Assembly (NCBI GenBank): GCA_016649455.1
Contig: JAENXO010000001.1
Location: 1-31,443, forward strand
Source: Gemmatimonadota bacterium
Lineage (GTDB): Bacteria > Gemmatimonadota > Gemmatimonadetes > Palauibacterales > Palauibacteraceae
Reading direction: 5' to 3'
Length of the DNA: 31,443 nt
This document shows, piece after piece, positions 1 through 8,104 of this stretch. Below the pieces are notes generated by a model that saw only the letters and a program-made list of their open reading frames with translations, had not been told where the DNA came from and searched no databases. Position 1 is the stretch's first letter. Each line of letters opens with the position of its first letter. The position numbers were made by a program, and so were the translations under genes.

Positions 1-1923
1 CCTGACTTCATCATCGAGCCGTTCGAGCCGGTCACGATCGAGGACAGGTCGCTGACGATCCTCGGACGACGCGTGGAGCTGGGTGAATCGGGGCTCCCGT
101 CCGACATCTTCAGCTACTTCACGCCCGAGCTCACCGGGTTCGCCGAGCAGCCGGAACCCATCCTCGCCCGCCCGCTGGCCCTGGAGGTGACGACCGCCGG
201 AGGACAGGCGGGGGCCGAACAGGCCGAGAGTTTCGAGCACACGCCGTTCGACATCAGGCGAGAGTCCCGCGGCCGGGCCGGGTGGACCGCCGAGGGCAGC
301 TCGGACCGGTTCCGGATGACGGTCGAGGGCGCCCTGGAATATGACGGGATGCTGGACTACCGGATCTACCTGGTGGCCCTGGACGACATCGAGGTGGAGG
401 AGATAGCGCTGCCCATCTCCCTGGTGCCCGGCGCGGCCGAATACATGCTGGGACTGGGGCAGAAGGGCGGGAAGCGGCCGGCGGAGATCGACTGGACCTG
501 GAACGTCGAGAACCACCAGGAAGGAGCCTGGCTGGGCGGAGTCAACAAGGGGCTCCAGTACGTGCTGCGGGATGACAGCTACGTCCGGCCGCTGAACACG
601 AATTTCTACCGGAATCAGCCGCTTCTGATGCCCGCCGCCTGGTTCAACGAGGGACGCGGCGGGATCCGGATCACCGAAGAGCCCGGAGGCGCCGTGACGG
701 CCTTCAACTATTCCGGCCCGAGGACGCTGGCGGCGGGCGACACGCTGAACTTCAACGTCCGCTTCCTCATCACCCCGCTCAAGCCGATCGACACGGCGAC
801 GCACTTCGACACCCGGTTCGTGCACCAGTACGTGCCGGTGGACTCGGTGCGGGCGTGGGGCGGGACGGTGGTAAACATTCACCACGCCAACGAGATCAAT
901 CCCTACATCAATTATCCGTTCTTCAACCTGGAGCAGCAGGCGGCCTACATCGACGAGGCGCACGCCAAGGGCATCAAGGTCAAGCTGTACAACACCATCC
1001 GGGAGTTGACGTACAAGGCCAACGAACTGTTCGCGCTGCGGAGCCTCGGAGACGAGATCCTCAACGACGGCGAGGGCGGCGGGCACTCGTGGATGCAGGA
1101 GCACCTGGAATCCAATTACCACTCGGCGTGGCACGCGTGGCGAGTGGACGACGCCGCGATGCTGAACAAGGGCACGTCCCGCTGGACCAATTACTACATC
1201 GAGGGCCTCGCCTGGCTGGCGGCGAACCAGCAGATCGACGGCCTGTACCTGGACGACATCGCATTCAGTCGCGAGACGGTCAAACGGCTCGTAACCGTCC
1301 TGCACGAGCACCGCGACGAGGTGGTGATCGACCTGCACTCCGCCAACCAGTTCAACGTGCGGGACGGCTTCATCAACAGCGCCATGCTGTACATGGAGCA
1401 CTTCCCGTTCATCTCGCGCCTGTGGTTCGGGGAGTACTTCGAGTACGGCCTGGACCAGGACTACTGGCTCACCGAGGTGTCGGGCCTCCCGTTCGGCCTG
1501 CTGGGAGAGATGCTGCAGGACGGCGGCCACCCCTACCGCGGACTCTTGTACGGGATGACGGCCCGGAAGTACGGCGACGTGGACCCGCGGCCAGTGTGGG
1601 CGATGATGAGCGAGTTCGGGATCGCTGAGAGCCGAATGCTCGGCTACTGGCTCGATGACGCACCGGTCGGGACTGGCGATCCGGGGGTCCTGTCCACTGC
1701 CTACGCCCGGCCCGACGGCGCTCTCATCGTGCTGGCCTCGTGGTCCGAGACTGACGAGGTCGTCGAACTGTCGGTGGACCTGGATGCCCTGGGGCTCGGG
1801 CCGGACATCAGGGCGTGGGCGCCAGAGGTTGAGGGACTGCAGGCCGAAGCAAAAGTGGATCTGTCGGCGGTGCGGGTCCCCGCCGGACAGGGGTTGTTCG
1901 TGGTCGTGGAATTGAGTCAGTGA
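1..1923 (+). CDS. DUF6067 / GH123-like putative glycoside hydrolase, 5' truncated by window edge
   Basis: Frame is open from base 1 (PDFIIEPFEPVTIEDRSLTILGRRVEL...), so the GTG at 73 is internal. Motifs NIHHANEINPYINYPF, IDGLYLDD, LWFGE, TEVSGLPFGLLGEMLQDGG match my recollection of DUF6067 proteins. Confidence 0.7.
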   Translation, partial: PDFIIEPFEPVTIEDRSLTILGRRVELGESGLPSDIFSYFTPELTGFAEQPEPILARPLALEVTTAGGQAGAEQAESFEHTPFDIRRESRGRAGWTAEGSSDRFRMTVEGALEYDGMLDYRIYLVALDDIEVEEIALPISLVPGAAEYMLGLGQKGGKRPAEIDWTWNVENHQEGAWLGGVNKGLQYVLRDDSYVRPLNTNFYRNQPLLMPAAWFNEGRGGIRITEEPGGAVTAFNYSGPRTLAAGDTLNFNVRFLITPLKPIDTATHFDTRFVHQYVPVDSVRAWGGTVVNIHHANEINPYINYPFFNLEQQAAYIDEAHAKGIKVKLYNTIRELTYKANELFALRSLGDEILNDGEGGGHSWMQEHLESNYHSAWHAWRVDDAAMLNKGTSRWTNYYIEGLAWLAANQQIDGLYLDDIAFSRETVKRLVTVLHEHRDEVVIDLHSANQFNVRDGFINSAMLYMEHFPFISRLWFGEYFEYGLDQDYWLTEVSGLPFGLLGEMLQDGGHPYRGLLYGMTARKYGDVDPRPVWAMMSEFGIAESRMLGYWLDDAPVGTGDPGVLSTAYARPDGALIVLASWSETDEVVELSVDLDALGLGPDIRAWAPEVEGLQAEAKVDLSAVRVPAGQGLFVVVELSQ

Positions 1924-2014
1924 AATCGAGTCAGTGCCTGTTGCCAGGGTGCCTCCTCCGATCGACGGCCACGATCGAGGTCGGCATGCGGCTGCACCTG
2001 GCCTGAGACCCGTT

Positions 2015-3013
2015 TCACAGCCCGAAGTCGAGCGCCCACCTGGCGAGCCCGAACAGCACGAGGGCGAACCCTTCCCACCGCGACACCCGCCAGCCGGTAC
2101 GGGCGAAAACGACCACCAGAATCACCATCGCCGTGAGAGCGAGGAGCGAGGCTCTCGCGCCGGGTCCTACTGCCTGCGGATGCAGAACACCGGCGACACC
2201 GAGGACGCCGAGGAGATTGAACAGGTCGCTCCCGATCACGTTCCCGACACTGATTTCGTATCGGCCGCGCAACACGCCGACCAGGGATGTGGCGAATTCG
2301 GGGACGGATGTGCCCGCCGCGACGACCGTCACCCCGATCACCCAATGACTCACACCGAAGCTCCGTGCTATCGGAATGGCGGTATTCACCAGCAGGTGGG
2401 AACCGACGGCAAGCATCGCGATCCCGAAAGCCAATCCAGCCAGGGCTCTCAGTGTTTTCAGGGCATCGCCGTTGTTCCTCCTGTCACCTCGCACTGCCAG
2501 CGTCAGGCCGGGCTCGAGCCACTGAAGGCGGCCGATGGCGAGCACGACTCCCAGGTAGATGGCCATGCCCGCCAGGAGAATCACTCCATCGATGCGATCG
2601 AGTCTGAAGTCCGATGCGATAAGACCGAGGAGCAGCAGAGTGGCCAGGATCAAGGCCGAGCCATCGCGCCGGATGAGTTCTCGGGTTGTGGGAATCGGCC
2701 GGATGATCGCTATGGTTCCGAGGATGAAACCCAGGTTGAAGATGTTCGATCCGACGATGTTTCCCACCGATATGTCCGGGTGTTTTTCGAAAGCTGCGAC
2801 CAGGGTAACACCGAGTTCGGGCAACGAAGTCGCCGCTGCCACGAGCGTCAGGCCGACGATCAACTCCGAGATCCGCAGTCGCCTCGCGATCCGGGCTGCC
2901 GTCTCCACCAGCTGCTGCGCACCCTTGCCGATGAGCACGATCGCGATCGCTGCAAGGAACCAGTTCGCCCAGAGTGGAAGGTCGTCGAGTCGAAAGCCGC
3001 TGAGGTCGAGCAA
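2015..3013 (-). CDS. Calcium/sodium antiporter (CaCA, YrbG-like)
   Basis: About 10 hydrophobic helices; two alpha repeats (AAATSLPE...GNIVGSNIFN and AAGTSVPE...GNVIGSDLFN); TTG start with GGAG 6 nt upstream. Confidence 0.93.
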   Translation of the reverse strand: MLDLSGFRLDDLPLWANWFLAAIAIVLIGKGAQQLVETAARIARRLRISELIVGLTLVAAATSLPELGVTLVAAFEKHPDISVGNIVGSNIFNLGFILGTIAIIRPIPTTRELIRRDGSALILATLLLLGLIASDFRLDRIDGVILLAGMAIYLGVVLAIGRLQWLEPGLTLAVRGDRRNNGDALKTLRALAGLAFGIAMLAVGSHLLVNTAIPIARSFGVSHWVIGVTVVAAGTSVPEFATSLVGVLRGRYEISVGNVIGSDLFNLLGVLGVAGVLHPQAVGPGARASLLALTAMVILVVVFARTGWRVSRWEGFALVLFGLARWALDFGL

Positions 3014-3058
3014 TGCGACTCTCCAGGAAGAGATGGAGGGAGTACCGGAGCCTGCCAG

Positions 3059-3367
3059 CTAACAGGTCTGGATGGCCGCGAGCAATTCCGACACGTGGCA
3101 GTGCCCCTCAACGGGATGCCTCATCGGCCGACCCGTGTGTATGTGATAGCGATTGCGACGGCCCTGCCGCTCGAGCGACAGATACCCCGCATCCCTCAGG
3201 TCAGCGACGATGCGCTGCACCGCGCGCTCGGTGATCCCCACTTTGGCCGCAAGGTCTCGCATCCGAACCGTCGGATCATTGGCAATGCAGATCAGTACGT
3301 GGCTGTGGTTCGTGAGAAAGGTCCACTGGTCGTTCGTGCGTTTTGGCGTGGCTCCAGTTGTGACCAT
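3059..3367 (-). CDS. Small winged-HTH transcriptional regulator (MarR/ArsR/AsnC-like, WTFLTNH type)
   Basis: WTFLTNHSHVL...MRDLAAKVGITERAVQRIVADL...RQGRRNRY; ATG at 3367 has a GGGAG RBS (the ORF track starts at 3382). Confidence 0.88.
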   Translation of the reverse strand: MVTTGATPKRTNDQWTFLTNHSHVLICIANDPTVRMRDLAAKVGITERAVQRIVADLRDAGYLSLERQGRRNRYHIHTGRPMRHPVEGHCHVSELLAAIQTC

Positions 3368-3390
3368 AGGACCGACTCCCATGTAGGCTA

Positions 3391-3443
3391 TTGTAGTCGC
3401 GCTATCTATTTCGTATAATAAATGTCGTATATGGCGAGGTCAA
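3391..3443. promoter_or_regulatory. Overlapping divergent sigma70-type promoters with TCGTATA direct repeats
   Basis: + strand TTGTAG(3391-96)-17nt-TATAAT(3414-19); - strand TTGACC(3443-38)-17nt-TATTAT(3420-15); TCGTATA at 3411-17 and 3425-31; AT-rich island in GC-rich DNA. Confidence 0.7.
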
Positions 3444-3464
3444 GCGATGGCTGGGAGGGGACCG

Positions 3465-4676
3465 ATGGAAATTCAGGAACTCCAGGGTCACATTCGTGAA
3501 CTGGCATCGCTGCCCGAGACCCGGTCTCCGGTCGTCAGCTGCTACTTGCGGGTCGAAGGCGGACGCCTGAGGCACCGCAGGACATTCATGAACCGGGTCG
3601 AGGAGCTCAGGCGGAGCTTTGCAGGAGAGGCTGCGGAGCTGTTCGAGGAAGCTCTAGAGCCGATCGAGCGGTTCCTCTCGGGAGAGTTGCATCGAGGCTC
3701 GAAGGGCGTGGCCGTCTTCTCACGGGCCGGGCGACAGCCTTTCTTCCTGGCCCTCCAGTTCTACGTCCCGCTGCCCACGTGGATAGCGGCTGACACCCTG
3801 CCGAACATCTACCACCTCGTCGAGCTCAAAGACACGTACTGGCGGTTCGTCGTGCTGGTTTGCTCGCAGGACACAGCCCGCATCGTTTCGGTGAACCTGG
3901 GTGCCGTGACGCTCGACTTGCTCCGCGAGAGACCCGAGCTGCGCCAGCGCGTGGGTCGCGAATGGACCAAGGAGCATTTTCGAAAGCACCGCACGACACG
4001 CATCCAGCAGTTTGTCGGCGACTCGGTCAAGGCGCTGTCCGAAGTGATGACAGCCGGAAGCTACGATCACCTGATCCTGGCCGGAGATCCGAAGATGACA
4101 GCGATGGTGAGAAGGGCGCTGCCTTCACACGTGGCCGCGCGACTCTCCGGCGTCATCCGAAAGCCGGGACGAACCGGGGCGCAAGACGTAGTGGCCGAGA
4201 GTATCGCGTCCTTCGTCGAGGCGGAGAACAGGGAATCGCAGGCTACGGCGGAGGAGCTGCAGCGAAAGCTCCGCACCGGGGGGCTCGCTGTCGCTGGAAC
4301 ACGCTCATCATTCTTCGCGCTGAAGCGAGGTCAGGTCGAGACTCTCGTAATGGATGCGGAGTACTCACCGCGTCCGGGATGGGTGTGCCGTGGTTGCCGC
4401 GTCGAGCGGACAGCTGAGCAGTGGCCGAAGAAATGCCCGGCGTGCGGTTCGAACTCGCTGGAAGACCTCAACATCAGGGAGGCCATGCTGCGGCTGGCCG
4501 AACAGCGCGGATGTCAGGTGGAGCTGGTGCGTGACAGCGCAACGCTGAGGCGACTTGGGGGCGTCGGGTGTCTTCTTCGCTTCCGTCCCGGGCGGGGGGG
4601 GAAGACCCGGCAGCAGGACAGGACCCGACCCGAGCGTGGGTGGCGGGGGACAGCTCGCATTCCGGCTCCGGTGTAG
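3465..4676 (+). CDS. Bacterial archaeo-eukaryotic release factor (baeRF/eRF1/Pelota-like) protein with Zn-ribbon insert
   Basis: Three-domain eRF1-like layout: SPVVSCYL...SKGVAVFS, YDHLILAGDP, GQVETLVM...CRGC...CPAC...VELV...LGGVGCLLRF; GGGAGG RBS before ATG 3465. Confidence 0.78.
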   Translation: MEIQELQGHIRELASLPETRSPVVSCYLRVEGGRLRHRRTFMNRVEELRRSFAGEAAELFEEALEPIERFLSGELHRGSKGVAVFSRAGRQPFFLALQFYVPLPTWIAADTLPNIYHLVELKDTYWRFVVLVCSQDTARIVSVNLGAVTLDLLRERPELRQRVGREWTKEHFRKHRTTRIQQFVGDSVKALSEVMTAGSYDHLILAGDPKMTAMVRRALPSHVAARLSGVIRKPGRTGAQDVVAESIASFVEAENRESQATAEELQRKLRTGGLAVAGTRSSFFALKRGQVETLVMDAEYSPRPGWVCRGCRVERTAEQWPKKCPACGSNSLEDLNIREAMLRLAEQRGCQVELVRDSATLRRLGGVGCLLRFRPGRGGKTRQQDRTRPERGWRGTARIPAPV

Positions 4677-4739
4677 CCGCCGTCGAAGCCCACGAGGTGG
4701 CCGTCCGCCGACACGCGAACACCTTGAACACGGACAGCC

Positions 4740-6416
4740 ATGGATCTCTGGGCAGCGCTGCTGAACATTCTGATTCTGCTCGCCGCGGCCATCGTTCTCG
4801 GTGCGCTGTGCGAACGCTTCAGGCTGAGTCCGCTGCTCGGATACCTCCTGGCCGGCGCATTGCTCGGTCCCAATGCGTTCGACCTGCTGCCGAGCCACGA
4901 GACCGTGACCGCGATTGCCGAGTTGGGCGTCGCGCTCCTGCTGTTCACCATCGGCCTCGAATTTTCGTGGCGACGACTTCGAGCCATCGGTCCAGTGGCC
5001 CTCGGCGGTGGCACCCTTCAGGTGGTGCTCACGGCCGCGATAACGGCGGGAATCTGCCTGGTTGTCGGGCTCCGCCCACGCACCTCGGTCGCCTTCGGGG
5101 CTGTGATCGCCTTGAGCAGCACTGCCGCGGTCCTGCAGCTTCTCGCGACCCGGGCCGAGATCGACACAGTTCACGGGCGTTACGCGGTGGGGATCCTCCT
5201 GTTGCAGGACATCGCAGTCGTGCCGCTCGTGCTGCTGATCGCGGTCCTGAGCAGCGGCGGTTCGATCGCCGAGGTCGGCTGGGGTCTTACCCGAGCAGCG
5301 GGGGCGGCGGCGATCCTCGTCGGCGCCCTCCACCTGCTGCTCAACCATGCACTGCCGGTACTCCTCGGTGCCAGAATCGCCGAGCGGTACGGCGACCTGC
5401 CGATCCTCCTCGCGGTTGTCACGCCACTGGGGGCGGCATGGATGTCGCATCAGTTGGGATTCTCACCCGCACTCGGGGCTTTCGCAGCGGGCTTGCTACT
5501 GGCCGAATCTCCGTTTTCCACCCAGATCCGCTCCGACATTATTCCGTTCCGAACGCTCTTCGTGACCCTGTTCTTCTGTTCCATCGGGCTGCTCAGCAAC
5601 CCGGCGTGGGTTGCCGAGCACTGGCTCCTCCTGGCGGGCGTCGTGGCCGCAATCGTGATCGGGAAGGCGGTGGTGACCACTGGCGTCGTCCGACTCTTCG
5701 GCAGACCGATCGGCCCGTCACTCGCGACCGGAATCGTCCTCGCTCAAGTCGGAGAATTCTCGCTGGTCATCGCCGTGGTCGCCCGACAGGGAGGGTTGAT
5801 CGGGCTCGGAGAGTTCGATTTGATCGTCGCTGCGATGATAGCGACGCTGTTTTTCACACCGTTTCTCGTGGGACTCGCGCCGCAGATGGCTCGGGTCGTC
5901 GGTGGGCGCTTATCGCTCTCCTCGAGCATGGCAGAGGGTCCAAACGGGAGACCTGGTGTGCCGGAGACGTTTCGCGATCACATCGTGATCGTCGGTTTCG
6001 GACCGGCCGGGCAAAGGGTCGCAGAGCTGATGATGGCCGAGCGCGGTCCTGACATACTCGTCGTGGAACTGGCAAATCGCACGGCGGAACTCGCGCAAGG
6101 CTACGGACTTCGGGCCCTCATTGGAGACGCTACGCGTGAAGAGGTCCTCACACGCCTGCATGTCGGGACAGCAGCAGTTGTTGTAATCACGATCCCGGAT
6201 CCATCGACCGCCCGGCGCATCATCCAGCAGGTGCGCGCTCTCGCGCCCGATACCCAGATCATCGTGCGCTCCAGGTATCATATTCACCGCTGGCAACTGG
6301 AGATGGCCGGAGCAGACGCTGTCGTCGATGAGGAACAGGAAGTCGGCATCCAGATCGCCAGGGAGGTGCGCCACCGGCTTGCTGATAGAACTGGCCAGTC
6401 CTCGCGGGCTGACTGA
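4740..6416 (+). CDS. CPA2 cation:proton antiporter with C-terminal TrkA-N (KefC/YbaL-like)
   Basis: About 12-13 TM helices; AELGVALLLFTIGLEFS, LSSTAAV, GILLLQDIAVVP, LAQVGEFSLV; Rossmann-type IVIVGFGPAG and GDATREEVL. Confidence 0.93.
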   Translation: MDLWAALLNILILLAAAIVLGALCERFRLSPLLGYLLAGALLGPNAFDLLPSHETVTAIAELGVALLLFTIGLEFSWRRLRAIGPVALGGGTLQVVLTAAITAGICLVVGLRPRTSVAFGAVIALSSTAAVLQLLATRAEIDTVHGRYAVGILLLQDIAVVPLVLLIAVLSSGGSIAEVGWGLTRAAGAAAILVGALHLLLNHALPVLLGARIAERYGDLPILLAVVTPLGAAWMSHQLGFSPALGAFAAGLLLAESPFSTQIRSDIIPFRTLFVTLFFCSIGLLSNPAWVAEHWLLLAGVVAAIVIGKAVVTTGVVRLFGRPIGPSLATGIVLAQVGEFSLVIAVVARQGGLIGLGEFDLIVAAMIATLFFTPFLVGLAPQMARVVGGRLSLSSSMAEGPNGRPGVPETFRDHIVIVGFGPAGQRVAELMMAERGPDILVVELANRTAELAQGYGLRALIGDATREEVLTRLHVGTAAVVVITIPDPSTARRIIQQVRALAPDTQIIVRSRYHIHRWQLEMAGADAVVDEEQEVGIQIAREVRHRLADRTGQSSRAD

Positions 6417-6442
6417 GAGCGGCCCAGACCACTCGCTCCCGG

Positions 6443-8104
6443 CTACACGCAGCTCAAGTGACGGTGGACGTACATCACCGCCATCGACCCCTCACCGACC
6501 GCCGATGCGACTCGCTTGACGGAACCGTGCCTTACGTCCCCGGCGACGAACACTCCCGGCAGGCTTGTCTCGAGCGTGAACGGAAGCCGTTCGAGCAGCT
6601 CGAATTGAGCCGCGGATCCGTTCTCCAGCGCTTCCGGCCCTGAGAGAATGAAGCCGTGGTCATCCCGGGCGACCGTCTCGCCCAGCCAGTCAGTGCGTGG
6701 CTTCGCACCGATGAAGATGAACAGAGCGCACGCGGGGACAGTCTCCGTGCAGTCCCCTCCGTCCAGAGAGAGCACGAGCTCTTCGAGTCGGCTTTCGCCC
6801 CTCGCCTCCAGCACTGCGGACCCGGGCCAGACGCGGATGTTGGCGGTCTCGCCGATCTGGTCGATCAGATACTGTGACATGCTGGCGGCCAGCGATTCTC
6901 CCCGGACGAGCATCGTCACGGTTCCGGCGTAGGCGGAGAAGTACATGGCGGCCTGCCCGGCCGAATTGGCGCCGCCCACGATGTATACGTCTTCCCCGCG
7001 CACCGATTCTCCTTCCGACATCGCTGCGCCGTAGTACACGCCTGCTCCGGTAAGCTCCTGCACACCGGGCGCCTCCAGCTTCCGGTACGCGACTCCCGTG
7101 GCGATCAGCAGGGCCCTTCCCCCGACTTTGGTACCGTCCTCCAGCGTGACGGTCCGTGCCGGTCCGTCAGCAGTGAGCCCAACCACCCGCTGCGCATTCA
7201 GGATCTCCACCCCGAATCGGCTGGCCTGGCTCACAGCCCTTCGAGCCAGGTCGCTGCCGGAAAGGCCGTTGGGGAAGCCGAGGTAGTTCTCGATCCGCGA
7301 GCTCATCCCGGCCTGGCCACCGGGCGCGTGCTCCTCGATCACCAGCGTCTTCAGTCCTTCGGAGGCGCCGTAGACGGACGCGGCGAGGCCGGCCGGTCCC
7401 GCCCCGACGACCACGAGATCGTAGAACGGGTTGTCCGCGCTGGTCCGCAGGCCCACCCGGTCGGCGATCTCCCGATTATCCGGCTTCGTCAAAGTGCTTC
7501 CATCGGCGAAGAACAGCGCCGGCAGGTCTCCCTTCTGCATGCCCGCCGCCTGCAGCAGCACTTCGGCGTCCGGATGCTGCTCCACGTCGAGCCACAGATA
7601 CGGGATGTTGTTTCGGGCCAGGAAATCCTTCGCCCGGTGAGTTGCGGGCGACCAGCGGTTGCCGACGACGCGGATTCCCTCGAATGGCGGACGGTGCCCG
7701 GCCTGCCACTGCTCGAGCAGGTCGGTGAGCACCGGATACAGCTTCTCCTCCGGTGGATCCCAGGGCTTGAGCAGGTAGTAGTCGATGTGCACGTCGTTGA
7801 TCGCCCGGATCGCGGCATCGGTGTCTGCGTAGGCGGTCAGCAGGACCCGCCTCGCGTCCGGGTAGATGTTGACGGCCGTGTCGAGAAACTCCACCCCTGA
7901 CATGCCGGGCATCCTCTGATCGACCAGGAACAGGGCCGAGGGCTCATCGCGCTGCTTGAGCTGGTTGAGCAACTCGAGTGCGGAGGATCCCGAGTCCGCG
8001 CGCACGACCCTGTACTCGGAGCCGTACTGTTGCCTGAGATCGCGCTCCACCGCGCGCAGCACGTTCGCGTCGTCGTCGAGCGTGAGTATGAAGGGTCTGC
8101 TCAT
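6443..8104 (-). CDS. Response regulator: receiver + glutaredoxin-like + thioredoxin-reductase-like flavoprotein fusion
   Basis: True start MSRPFILTLDDD at 8104 (ATGA overlap with the kinase stop). Intact REC (LDDD, FLVDQRMP, LLTAY, LLKPW); FAD motif GAGPAG; NAD(P)H motif GGANSAGQ; C-terminal FVAGDV...KRVASAVGEG. Confidence 0.9.
   Translation of the reverse strand: MSRPFILTLDDDANVLRAVERDLRQQYGSEYRVVRADSGSSALELLNQLKQRDEPSALFLVDQRMPGMSGVEFLDTAVNIYPDARRVLLTAYADTDAAIRAINDVHIDYYLLKPWDPPEEKLYPVLTDLLEQWQAGHRPPFEGIRVVGNRWSPATHRAKDFLARNNIPYLWLDVEQHPDAEVLLQAAGMQKGDLPALFFADGSTLTKPDNREIADRVGLRTSADNPFYDLVVVGAGPAGLAASVYGASEGLKTLVIEEHAPGGQAGMSSRIENYLGFPNGLSGSDLARRAVSQASRFGVEILNAQRVVGLTADGPARTVTLEDGTKVGGRALLIATGVAYRKLEAPGVQELTGAGVYYGAAMSEGESVRGEDVYIVGGANSAGQAAMYFSAYAGTVTMLVRGESLAASMSQYLIDQIGETANIRVWPGSAVLEARGESRLEELVLSLDGGDCTETVPACALFIFIGAKPRTDWLGETVARDDHGFILSGPEALENGSAAQFELLERLPFTLETSLPGVFVAGDVRHGSVKRVASAVGEGSMAVMYVHRHLSCV

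Noticed and set aside
1934-3418. 494-aa + strand ORF
   Set aside because: Antisense shadow of the CaCA antiporter and wHTH genes; Arg/Gln/His-rich with no domain pattern.
4594-4601. G8 tract near the end of the baeRF-like gene as a phase-variation site
   Set aside because: It lies after the conserved GVGCLLRF end, so an indel would change only a disordered tail; alternative frames give no better terminus.
4365-6052. Long alternative-frame ORFs 4365-5450 (-) and 4568-6052 (+)
   Set aside because: Overlap the well-supported baeRF-like and CPA2 genes; Arg/Pro-rich composition typical of GC-rich off-frames.
6443-6451. Possible C-terminal Sec in the TrxR-like protein (mammalian GCUG-type tail)
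   Set aside because: The tail is SCV followed by TAG, not TGA; no SECIS-like stem seen.
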